A DNA stretch of 64,000 bases, taken from assembly GCA_963701385.1 (NCBI GenBank), contig CAVOZW010000017.1, positions 1,481 to 65,480 on the forward strand, in the 5' to 3' direction. Source of the DNA: an uncultured delta proteobacterium. Its GTDB lineage: Bacteria > Desulfobacterota > Desulfobacteria > Desulfobacterales > B30-G6. The position numbers and the translations under genes are program-made. Of this stretch, positions 1 through 8,838 are shown piece after piece (position 1 is the first letter of the stretch; each line of letters begins with the position of its first letter). The notes under the pieces are model-generated. The model was given only the letters and a program-made list of their open reading frames with translations, had not been told where the DNA came from and did not search any database.

Positions 1-816
1 CTCCACAATTTTAAGCGCCTTATTCAGCTCTAACACCATTTCAGCCCCGGTTTGGAATCGATCGTCAGGATTCCTTGACAGGCTTTTCATGATCATATCC
101 GAAAGCGATTGAGGTATGAAGGGGTCGATCTGTACCGGCGGGTCGGGTGTATCCTGTATGATTGCGCTCAAAATGGCGGTTATGTTGCCGCCATTAAATG
201 GCCGCCGCCCGACAGCGAGCTCATAAAGAATCACACCCAAGGAATACAGATCTGAGCGGCCGTCGATCGGTGAGCCCATCGCCTGTTCTGGTGACATGTA
301 TACGGGTGTTCCCAGTAGTTCACCAGCCTGGGTTTGCTGCATCGCTGAGGGATCTTCAATACGAGCAATACCGAAATCGGTAAGTTTAACCCGTCCCTCA
401 TCGGTCAGGATTATATTTGAAGGTTTGATGTCCCGATGAACAATTTTCTTTTTATGCGCATAGTCCAGTGTCTCAGCTACCTGTACACCGATATCGATTA
501 TTTTATCAATTTCAAGTCGGCTACCGCGCATCACTTCATCAAACGGCTTTCCCTCGAGGTATTCCATCGCAATGTATATGGTGTTATGGTCCTGACCAAC
601 ATCATACACCGTAACGATATTGGGATGAGAAAGTCTGCCGATAGCCTTAGCCTCTTTTACAAATCTTAGGACAAAATCCTCACTTACCATCCGGTCTGGA
701 CGAAGGACCTTCAAGGCGACTGGCCTTTCGATCTGGGGATCGTGGGCTAGATATACCACTCCCATATTACCTTTCCCCAGCTCTTTTTGGATCCTGTATC
801 TTCCGTATTCTGTCAT
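1..816 (-). CDS. Hanks-type Ser/Thr protein kinase, catalytic domain; the 3' end runs off the window
   Basis: Reverse translation from the ATG at 816-814 reads MTEYGRYRIQKELGKGNMGVVYLAHDPQIERPVALKVL...HRDIKPSNIIL...DFGIA...GTPVYMSPEQ. These are the G-loop, catalytic Lys, HRD, DFG and APE-like motifs. There is no stop inside the window, so the ORF track omits it. Its ATG overlaps the PP2C stop codon (ATGA). Confidence 0.9.
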   Translation of the reverse strand, partial: MTEYGRYRIQKELGKGNMGVVYLAHDPQIERPVALKVLRPDRMVSEDFVLRFVKEAKAIGRLSHPNIVTVYDVGQDHNTIYIAMEYLEGKPFDEVMRGSRLEIDKIIDIGVQVAETLDYAHKKKIVHRDIKPSNIILTDEGRVKLTDFGIARIEDPSAMQQTQAGELLGTPVYMSPEQAMGSPIDGRSDLYSLGVILYELAVGRRPFNGGNITAILSAIIQDTPDPPVQIDPFIPQSLSDMIMKSLSRNPDDRFQTGAEMVLELNKALKIVE

Positions 817-1544
817 TCACACACCATCGAAAGAACCACGGTAATATTATCGTTTCCACCCGCGGATAATGCCTTGCCGATGAGGTCTTCCACTTTTTGG
901 TGTAGTCCGGCGCCGGTTGTCAGAACATCTGCAATCGCATTACTGTCAACCATATCCGTTAAACCATCAGAACAAATTAGGTATTGATCGTCCTGGCGAA
1001 TATTTCCCCGGATGATGTCGAGTTGTAGGTCCGCTTCGACCCCCACTGCCCTGAGAATGATATTCCGCATGGAATGAACTTCCGCTTGCGGTACTGATAT
1101 GAGTCCCTGATCCAGCTGTTCCTGAACCAATGAATGGTCTTTGGTGAGTTGTTTAAGTCGGTTGTTTCGGAACTGATACGTCCTGCTGTCGCCCATGTGG
1201 CCAATGACAAACCGGTTTTTTGAAAAGACAAGCAGTTCTGCGGTACATCCCATTCCTTGTAAATGGGGATTTTCATCAACATAATTTAAAATGCTTTGGT
1301 TTGCATGCCAAAAAGTCCGTTGAACCGCATCAATTTGATCTGCTTCAGACGTATGGCTGCCGGATGATAAATTTTCGCTGGCTGCTTGAGCAAAAAATCG
1401 GCTGGCGCGCTCTCCACCCGCCATACCGCCCATGCCATCGGCGACCAGACAAAAGCCTCGGTCCTGATCAAATAAGAATATATCTTCGTTGTTTTGACGC
1501 ACCAAACCAACATCTGTTTTTCCGAAAAAGCGTATCATATTCAT
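813..1544 (-). CDS. PP2C-family Ser/Thr protein phosphatase
   Basis: 243 aa. N-terminus FGKTDVGLVRQNNEDIF, then ADGMGG and a C-terminal GGNDNITVV, all typical PPM/PP2C motifs. Translationally coupled to the downstream kinase. Confidence 0.9.
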   Translation of the reverse strand: MNMIRFFGKTDVGLVRQNNEDIFLFDQDRGFCLVADGMGGMAGGERASRFFAQAASENLSSGSHTSEADQIDAVQRTFWHANQSILNYVDENPHLQGMGCTAELLVFSKNRFVIGHMGDSRTYQFRNNRLKQLTKDHSLVQEQLDQGLISVPQAEVHSMRNIILRAVGVEADLQLDIIRGNIRQDDQYLICSDGLTDMVDSNAIADVLTTGAGLHQKVEDLIGKALSAGGNDNITVVLSMVCE

Positions 1545-1752
1545 TACACCGACATGTAAAATTGATGGAGGGCATTTAATATTTATTAATATATCAATTT
1601 GTTGTCAAGCAACTTCTTTGTTCACTCGTTACGGCCTTATCCTCCGGCCCATGGTCGATTTCGAGAGGCTTTCGGATTCAATCCGCTGACCGATTCTGCT
1701 GTCTATCCATAATCTTCTTGACACTCCATCACCTCGTACCGTAACAAAAAGT

Positions 1753-2646
1753 ATGCCCTCCGTACCCAACATAATCGTTCAGTTAGTGCACATAGCTGGC
1801 CCACTGAAGGGGGAAATCCAGGAAATTTCAGATCCGGAAATCGTAATCGGCAGACGCTCATCATGCCAGGTCCAATTCCCAAAAGACCTCGCCATTATAT
1901 CCCGCAGACACGCAACCATCATAAGGGAAGGAAACCGCTTTCGCCTAATCGACGAAAGTGCCAACGGTACTTTTTTAAATGGAAAAGGAGTTAGCGAAGC
2001 TCAACTTAAAGACGGCGACGTCATCATGTTTGCCAAGGACGGGCCTAAACTGAGTTTTCTTACTAAGATGGATCAGACTGTTGCATCCAATAAACCTGTT
2101 AGGGAAATAGATCACCGACCTTCAACATCTGGCGGTGTCTTCTCGCCGCCGGCCTCTCCGATGATATCAGATTCTCATTCACCAGAATCCGCCGAACCCA
2201 CCCCGCGAAAAACAAAAGCGCCACTTGTCATTCAATATGGGCCGACGCTACAATCATATAATGAATTGCCGATTACCATGGGCAGCGATGCCGACTGCGA
2301 TTTTGTAATGCACCACCCCTCGGTGTTGCAGAGACATGCACAGATCTTTTTCAGTGAAGATAACTATTGGATTAAAGACTTGACCGGCAAGCAGTCCGTA
2401 TCAATCCACGACGCACCCATTGATAAACAAGCAATGCTGAGACCTGAAGATGTATTGACATTGGGCAACCAGGGTCCGACTTTTCGTTTTCTGGGCGGCG
2501 GGCGTCTTGCTGAAATCGAACAAACTGATTCTACACCGGCCGCCGATCAGACCGAAGGGAGCCGCGAGCAAGCGGACTTGGGGAAATCCAACACCAAGAG
2601 CAAAAAAAGGTCGGCTTCACTATTCAGAAAATTCTTTTCCAGTTGA
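1753..2646 (+). CDS. Protein with two FHA domains
   Basis: 297 aa. FHA1: IVIGRRSSCQVQF...ISRRHATIIREGNRFRLIDESANGTFLNG. FHA2: ITMGSDADCDFVM...LQRHAQIFFSEDNYWIKDLTGKQSVSI. A Pro/Ser-rich linker and a basic C-terminal tail. Divergent from the PP2C/kinase pair. Confidence 0.85.
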   Translation: MPSVPNIIVQLVHIAGPLKGEIQEISDPEIVIGRRSSCQVQFPKDLAIISRRHATIIREGNRFRLIDESANGTFLNGKGVSEAQLKDGDVIMFAKDGPKLSFLTKMDQTVASNKPVREIDHRPSTSGGVFSPPASPMISDSHSPESAEPTPRKTKAPLVIQYGPTLQSYNELPITMGSDADCDFVMHHPSVLQRHAQIFFSEDNYWIKDLTGKQSVSIHDAPIDKQAMLRPEDVLTLGNQGPTFRFLGGGRLAEIEQTDSTPAADQTEGSREQADLGKSNTKSKKRSASLFRKFFSS

Positions 2647-2819
2647 TACCTCAGGCACACGGTCATACGGTCTTCCGCCGTTGACATACCGATACGCATA
2701 TGTGATCTCAAAAATGGTAACTGCTATTGCGGCCGGCATAAGACCACAGGTATAAAACGAAATCGTTTGAGGAGACGGTTTTAAGCCGGCGCTTAACCCT
2801 CAACCTATAAAGAAGCCCG

Positions 2820-4385
2820 ATGAAGCAATACAATCCAATCAGTTTTAAAATACTGGCGATGGCACCATTTCACCATCCAGCAAAAAATAACGGGCCAAAA
2901 TGTGCTATCGCAGTAAATGCCATGGCATTGGACAGCGTCATGGCCGAACTCAAGCCTAATTTCAAGCTGCCTTTGCCACAAACCCTTTGTCCCAAAGGTG
3001 GGATCGAAATCACTTGCTCGTGGCTGCAGGACTTTCATCCGGACTCTTTGGCACGAAATACGCCTTTGCTGAGGCATCTACTGGAGGCCAGAGGCTTCCT
3101 GGAAAAGGCCCGGGCATCAAACAAACCCCAAAGGGAGATAAAAGACCGCCTGAATCAATGGCCAGATCTGCCGGAACTCACCCAAGGCCTCAATATATTA
3201 AAATCAGACCCTGCATCCCAACCGCTGGATCGTTTATTGGAGTTGGTCGACCTTCCCCGGGAAATATCGACATCCACGATAAAAAATACAAGGTTCAATG
3301 GGAATGTAGAAACCATCATCCAAAAAACATTTGAGGCCATATTTCAGCACCAGCCTTTCAAATCGGCAGAGGCGGCATGGCTCGGATTAAATCTGTTACT
3401 GCAAAAAAAAACCGGCCATAAACAAGTGACAGTTTACCTAGCCTCAGCGTCCCGTGACACGCTCCAGGAGACCCTGAATCGACTCCTGCCGGAAATGATT
3501 GACAAGCCACCAACCCTTATCGTTGTTGATTTGCCATTCAGCAACTCGGCGCGCGATCTCGAGCTGATTAAGGCCGTTGCCACATTTTCAGAAACACTTC
3601 TGGCACCGTCGCTGTTATGGATCGGTCCTGAATTTTTCCATCTTAAAACCTGGAATGATCTAAACAAACGACCGTATTTGCCCCATTTTCTTGAGACGAC
3701 CCCCTATGCCAAATGGCGGTCGTTAAAACAGACCGATATGGCTAATTGGCTTATCGTCACCTGCAATTGTTTTGTTCTGCGCTACCCCTACGGGCCGCAT
3801 AACAAACCCAGTTTGTTAGATTTTGAAGAAACCGGCCTGCCCTGGTTGGCACCGGTGTGGGCAATTGCCGACCTGATTGTTCAAAGCCATCTGAAGACAG
3901 GCTGGCCGACGCGATTTACGGATTGGCAGCGGTTCCGTGTGGATGGCCTGGCAATGCAATCCGGTTCCACGGGCCGGTACCCCACAGAAACGATTTTCAG
4001 CATGGATCGCGCCGATCAATTGATACGATCGGGCATCACGCCCCTGATCGGCATTGCGAACAGAGACTTTGTGTGCACACCCATGGAAACCAGTCTGGGT
4101 GGCAGATCGATAGGCGATCAAATCTATCTTTCAATAATAATTGATTATATTATCAAATTGCATGAAAGTGGACAAATCGACTCTAAAGATGACATGCTTG
4201 AAAATGATATTCGGAAATCACTGATTCAATTTCTGGGAGCCAGCCTTGAGCCTACCGCCGATGCCTTGTATGTTTCCACCGGACCGGTCGATTCCAACGG
4301 TCGGTTTCCGTTGGCTATAAGGATCTTACCTGAGGGAACCATTCCGCCACTGAGACATCCCATCGAACTGACTTTCAGCTGGTAG
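2820..4385 (+). CDS. Single-chain TssB-TssC (VipA-VipB)-like sheath paralog
   Basis: 521 aa. The N-terminal ~100 aa is colinear with the window's TssB: FKILAMAPF vs LKILVMGDY, and LQDFHPDSLARNTPLLRHLLEARGFL vs MKDFQPEQVVKNTPELNKLLELREAL. The rest is colinear with TssC: FKSAEAAWLGLNLLL vs FQKLESSWSSLKYMV, APSLLWIGPEFF vs CPFIAAADPQFF, and YAKWRSLKQTDMANWLIVTCNCFVLRYPYG vs YVKWQSFRDSDDARNVALALPRFLLRLPYD. Confidence 0.6.
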   Translation: MKQYNPISFKILAMAPFHHPAKNNGPKCAIAVNAMALDSVMAELKPNFKLPLPQTLCPKGGIEITCSWLQDFHPDSLARNTPLLRHLLEARGFLEKARASNKPQREIKDRLNQWPDLPELTQGLNILKSDPASQPLDRLLELVDLPREISTSTIKNTRFNGNVETIIQKTFEAIFQHQPFKSAEAAWLGLNLLLQKKTGHKQVTVYLASASRDTLQETLNRLLPEMIDKPPTLIVVDLPFSNSARDLELIKAVATFSETLLAPSLLWIGPEFFHLKTWNDLNKRPYLPHFLETTPYAKWRSLKQTDMANWLIVTCNCFVLRYPYGPHNKPSLLDFEETGLPWLAPVWAIADLIVQSHLKTGWPTRFTDWQRFRVDGLAMQSGSTGRYPTETIFSMDRADQLIRSGITPLIGIANRDFVCTPMETSLGGRSIGDQIYLSIIIDYIIKLHESGQIDSKDDMLENDIRKSLIQFLGASLEPTADALYVSTGPVDSNGRFPLAIRILPEGTIPPLRHPIELTFSW

Positions 4386-4657
4386 GGCAGCTTCCAACGG
4401 GTCGCGGCCCCAGAGGAATATCAACCGATTTTCATTTATGCGAGAAGCCGGAAATCGTCTGGCCGCGAAGGGGTCGACGACCTAAATTGACACGGTATTA
4501 CCTAAGTTGAGCGATTGTTGAGGTTGCTGTAGCTACAAGGAAGATGCGATCCCGCCATAGTGAACTATGCGGGATGGCATTTGGCGCTGTAGATGCGGTA
4601 AGATCGGCAATCCCAACGGGTTTCAAATTTTAAGAATTGAAACGCTCATCTTAGGTA

Positions 4658-5458
4658 TTATTTAAGTTGAACCATATACATATCTGCCCCCGCTCCCTCG
4701 GTGTAGGGACCGAAAATAATTGTATCTGGAAAACCGGCCACTTGTGCATAATAAGCGGTTTCCGGATTGATCTCATTTTGAACGGCCCAGGCGGTAAATT
4801 CCTTTTTACCATGAGTGATCTTCATGCCCCTGAGAGGATGCTCCAGAACGGATTTCTCAGGGAGCTTTCCAGTGGTGCCCACAGCTTGAAAGCTGATGTC
4901 AGCACCACAAACACCAAAAATCACGCCCGGCCATCTTTCATGTTGTGGTCTTACTTCAAACCACTGACCCACTTGTTGGTTGCCATGTATATCAATATGA
5001 TAATAGATATCTTTTGGCTTGGTAACCGCATGGATCTTGGCCACTAATTTGGCGCCCAGAGACGTATCTAACGCCTTTAGAATATCGATGCTTTCAAGGG
5101 GTGTCGGCAGCTTATCCGATTTGATGGTATTTTCACCGCTTTGCAGGATTATGATGGGGAAGACTGGTCCCCTTTTGGCATGCACCGCAATTGTGAGCAG
5201 CGAAAGACCATATCGAATCGAGGGCTTCGAAAAATCTTCGGCCTTGCCCAGTATCAACCAGAGGGCCGGTTTTTTGTCAATCAGAGCCTCAAGTCCACTG
5301 ATCCATGCCATTGATTTCAAGTCATCCAGCCAAATGTTTCCCGTGGTTTCCAAACCGTAAGTTTCCAGACCGGCAATCAATTTGGCGACTGTTTTTCCGG
5401 AAATACCCAGTGAGGTAAGCCATATAGGTTGCATGGTTACTCCTTTCAGTTGGAACAC
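4658..5458 (-). CDS. Hypothetical protein (alternating beta/alpha N-terminal half, beta-rich C-terminal half)
   Basis: 266-aa ORF with plausible coding composition. The internal Met at 5434 (MQPIWLTS) is an alternative start. I recognise no family. Convergent with the fused sheath gene. Confidence 0.5.
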   Translation of the reverse strand: MFQLKGVTMQPIWLTSLGISGKTVAKLIAGLETYGLETTGNIWLDDLKSMAWISGLEALIDKKPALWLILGKAEDFSKPSIRYGLSLLTIAVHAKRGPVFPIIILQSGENTIKSDKLPTPLESIDILKALDTSLGAKLVAKIHAVTKPKDIYYHIDIHGNQQVGQWFEVRPQHERWPGVIFGVCGADISFQAVGTTGKLPEKSVLEHPLRGMKITHGKKEFTAWAVQNEINPETAYYAQVAGFPDTIIFGPYTEGAGADMYMVQLK

Positions 5459-6021
5459 TCTTAGACGGATTGCGGCCTAGCCCCCGGCTCTATTCTCGAA
5501 GCCACAGCAAAGACGCGATCCCGGCAAGCAAAACCGCCATGGTTGACGATAGTAATCGTTTAAAGGGGGCCCAAAGGAAATAATAGCACGCTGGGTAGAT
5601 AAATATCGTTTTGAGGAAATCGGGTCAACACAAATTGAGTGAATTATATTGACACCTTAGAACAGATATGTTTTAATTTATCTACTTTAACTGAATTTTC
5701 CGGTGAAAAAGCAGAAATATCATCCTATCGTGGGCCAAAACACGTTCCTGTGAACAATGGGGCAAACGGGTAATACCGTGATCCTTCAATAATATTTAAT
5801 TTAATCTTCGGACATGCCGGGTCCCCCGTTCCAACTGCAGCCCGGAATCTGTTATAGCATAACTTAGAAGCGCGCATACATCCACGGGTTAGCCCAAGGC
5901 TCTCTATGATGGCGGTCATTTCGAAACGCCATCCCTTGAATCACAGTAATGGATTAGCTTCTATAATGAGCATCGGAATTGCCAACTGACGCGTCCATTC
6001 ATTCCTATTAAGAGGTGTATC

Positions 6022-7290
6022 GTGCACTTTCTAAAATCATCCGTCCTATTGGTTTTATCGACGCTACTGATTTTTTCATGCAGCACTCCGAAAAAAGTGT
6101 CCCAAAAGCCCCCGCTTAAATTCCATGGATTGACCATCGCCAAAGGTATTGAGAAAAGGGGTTCGGTAGCAATGCCGGTTGATCCGACAACCCAATTCAG
6201 TCCCCAGGATGAGGTGGTAATTGCCCATATAAAATTAGACAATCTTTCCGGCAAGCACAATTTCCGATGGGATTGGCATGCCCCCGGCGGCGAATTATAT
6301 TATTCGACAGCTGATTTTGCATACAACATACCGGATAAACAGTATTCGAAGGAAACCACCGCTTGGCATAGTCTTAATTTAAAAGGGGATAAGGCTTCGA
6401 GTTTATTCGGTAATTGGGAGGTAAAGGTATATATCAATACCGACCTTGTTGACAGCAAACGCTTTGTTCTCACAGCCGTAAAGGATTCGATTGAACTGAC
6501 CGATGTGGTTGTTCAGAATCCGTTTCCCAGTGATTGGGGACTTGTTATTGGAATTGAAGAGTATGCGCACCTCCCAAGCGTTGACTATGCAACCAAGGAT
6601 GCCTTGATCATAAGAGATTATTTTATAAAAGTGCTGCGGATTCCCGAAGAAAACATCATTGCCCTCTTCGGCAGCGATGCCACAAAAGCGCAGATGGAAG
6701 GCTACCTTGAACAGTACATACCCAGCAATGTCAAATCGAATTCCACCCTGTATGTGTATTTCGTGGGACACGGTGCCCCCGGGATGAAGGACGGTGATCC
6801 CTATTTGGTACCATTTGACGGCGATACGCGGTTTATCGAGCAAACCGGATACAAGCTTCAGAAGCTGTATAACGATTTAGGAAAAATGAATATCAAACAG
6901 TCGTATGTTTTCCTCGATTCGTGTTTCAGTGGCACCGCCAACCGGGCAGCCGAAATGCTGGTAAAGGGAACCCGGCCGACATTGATGCAGGTAAAGGAAG
7001 TTGAGATCAAAACCGGCTCGGTCATTTCCCTTAGCGCAACCTCAGTCGGCCAGACCAGTAACGCCTATGCGGAGACCGAGCACGGATTATTTACCTATTA
7101 CCTGCTAAAAGGGCTCAAAGGTGCAGCGGATGCCGATGAAGACAGTTGGGTCAGCATCAAGGAGATGTATGAATACGTTTCCCAACATGTACCCAGGGTA
7201 GCTCGTCGAATGGGTACTGAGCAGACACCTTCAATTTTGCCGCCTGTAAATCAATTGAAGGATGTGGCCATTGGTCGCGTGCTTAATTAA
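6022..7290 (+). CDS. Caspase-like (peptidase C14) lipoprotein
   Basis: GTG start preceded by AAGAGGTG. Lipobox LLIFSCS. Caspase His/Cys dyad context YVYFVGHGAP and YVFLDSCFSG. Confidence 0.8.
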   Translation: MHFLKSSVLLVLSTLLIFSCSTPKKVSQKPPLKFHGLTIAKGIEKRGSVAMPVDPTTQFSPQDEVVIAHIKLDNLSGKHNFRWDWHAPGGELYYSTADFAYNIPDKQYSKETTAWHSLNLKGDKASSLFGNWEVKVYINTDLVDSKRFVLTAVKDSIELTDVVVQNPFPSDWGLVIGIEEYAHLPSVDYATKDALIIRDYFIKVLRIPEENIIALFGSDATKAQMEGYLEQYIPSNVKSNSTLYVYFVGHGAPGMKDGDPYLVPFDGDTRFIEQTGYKLQKLYNDLGKMNIKQSYVFLDSCFSGTANRAAEMLVKGTRPTLMQVKEVEIKTGSVISLSATSVGQTSNAYAETEHGLFTYYLLKGLKGAADADEDSWVSIKEMYEYVSQHVPRVARRMGTEQTPSILPPVNQLKDVAIGRVLN

Positions 7291-7314
7291 TCTGCAATAT
7301 CTTGTGGTAACCTC

Positions 7315-8220
7315 ATGCGGAATTGCACGTATAAAAAACACCTAACCATCTGTTTTCGAATGGTCATTTGCGCACTGATTACGGCATACATAGCGGTGCC
7401 ACTCCAGTTACCTCAGTTATACGCCAATCAGAATCCGTCCCATCAGGACATCACCTGGGTAACAGTTGAAGGCTCAGCACCCATCGTCGGCAACAACCTC
7501 GAACAAGCCAGAGATAGAGCTATAATCGAGGCAGAGAAAAACGCACTAGATTCAGCGGTGGTTTCGGATATCTCTCTTGATGCCTTGTTGGTTAACCTTA
7601 AGCTGTCCGGCAGCATGGTCGGAGCGATTCCGTATGGAGAAATTGTCGAAACCGTTATTCTGGAAGAAGGACCAACACCTTCTGAAAACAACTCCCCAAA
7701 CGCCGCTGGCACCCATTACAATCTTAAAGCCAAAATCGGGGTGGCGGTAGAAGTTACCGGGTCAGACCCAGCCTTCAATATTGAGGCCACTCTGAATAAA
7801 ACCGCGTTCATAGACGGTGAGGAGATGACCATAACACTCAAAACCACTGCCGATTGCTTCTATGCCATATTTATTATGTTCGAAGACCAGAAGGTCCTCA
7901 AACTGATCCCCAATCGTTACAAAACAGACAATTACTTGGCTGCCGACACCGCGTACACCCTACCGAATGATGAGGATCGTGCCAGAGGAATTTTATTAAA
8001 GGTCGTTGCGCCGGAAGGAAAGAAAAGCGCATCAGAATCGGTCTATGTGGTGGCATTGAAACAACCCATAGATTTTAATTCAGATAAAATACAAGAGGCC
8101 GTATTGGGATTGTATGACGGTCAAACCGCCTTCATCAAGGACCTGATCAGACAGATTGTTCATATTCCCTTGCGGGAAAGAGCTGAAAAATTGATACAAT
8201 ACCAGATTCGTAAACCTTAG
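7315..8220 (+). CDS. Exported protein with an LPP20/FlgO-like N-terminal domain and a DUF4384-like C-terminal domain
   Basis: 301 aa. N-terminal hydrophobic segment, then VTVEGSAPIVGNNLEQARDRAIIEAEKNALDSAV. C-terminal TADCFYAIFIMFEDQKVLKLIPNRY resembles DUF4384, a domain often found next to caspase-like genes. Confidence 0.55.
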   Translation: MRNCTYKKHLTICFRMVICALITAYIAVPLQLPQLYANQNPSHQDITWVTVEGSAPIVGNNLEQARDRAIIEAEKNALDSAVVSDISLDALLVNLKLSGSMVGAIPYGEIVETVILEEGPTPSENNSPNAAGTHYNLKAKIGVAVEVTGSDPAFNIEATLNKTAFIDGEEMTITLKTTADCFYAIFIMFEDQKVLKLIPNRYKTDNYLAADTAYTLPNDEDRARGILLKVVAPEGKKSASESVYVVALKQPIDFNSDKIQEAVLGLYDGQTAFIKDLIRQIVHIPLRERAEKLIQYQIRKP

Positions 8221-8462
8221 TCGGAAAAGAATAAATTACTTTGCGTTGCAACGATGCTACCACGTTATACCGTATCAATAGACGGATACCAAACACTAGT
8301 ACAACGCACCATATGTAGAGCGGAATTGTACGCAATCATGAGAATGGAATAAAAACCGATCCCGGATTACCGTGGTCGAAATATACGGCACATCCATGAT
8401 TTAGGAGTTGACTGTCGGCGAAAGAGCCCACTATCTACTATGGCCCCCTAAGGAGACATGCG

Positions 8463-8798
8463 ATGGACCTTTTGAAAAAACTGCTTATTTATTCTGTTTG
8501 TATCGTTTTTTTGAGTATTCAATGCGCCGGCCAGGTTATGGCCGGCTATTATGCCCAGAATAATTCAGGCGCCGGAATTACCGAAAAGGCACCGCAAGTC
8601 TTGTCAACCCCTCCCCAGGAGATCCCCTTTGCTGAAGGTAAAAAAGAAACAGGTGACAAAACCTTGCTTTACGTTGCCGGCGGCGGTGTCGCCCTGATTG
8701 CCATCGTTGCCGTTGCTCTTGGCGGTGGTGGCGGTGGCGGTGGCGGAGATGATCCAGTTCCAAATTCAGATCCTGGTTCAGTCGATTTTTCGTGGTAA
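8463..8798 (+). CDS. Small exported/membrane protein with a poly-Gly tract
   Basis: 111 aa. Signal-like N-terminus, TM-like LLYVAGGGVALIAIVAVAL followed by G9. Lies 40 nt upstream of the ELWxxDGT gene. Confidence 0.45.
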   Translation: MDLLKKLLIYSVCIVFLSIQCAGQVMAGYYAQNNSGAGITEKAPQVLSTPPQEIPFAEGKKETGDKTLLYVAGGGVALIAIVAVALGGGGGGGGGDDPVPNSDPGSVDFSW

Positions 8799-8838
8799 TC
8801 ACTTTGAAATTTAATTTCTTAGTATTGAGGAAACTAAA

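Noticed and set aside
5725-6260. 64-aa and 99-aa minus-strand ORFs in the 5.46-6.02 kb gap and over the caspase gene start
   Set aside because: They have no RBS and a poor coding composition. The second overlaps the well-supported caspase lipoprotein gene.
4371-8798. Shared C-terminal ...FSW ending of the fused sheath paralog (ELTFSW) and the small Gly-tract protein (VDFSW)
   Set aside because: A three-residue coincidence between otherwise unrelated proteins cannot support a sorting-signal claim.
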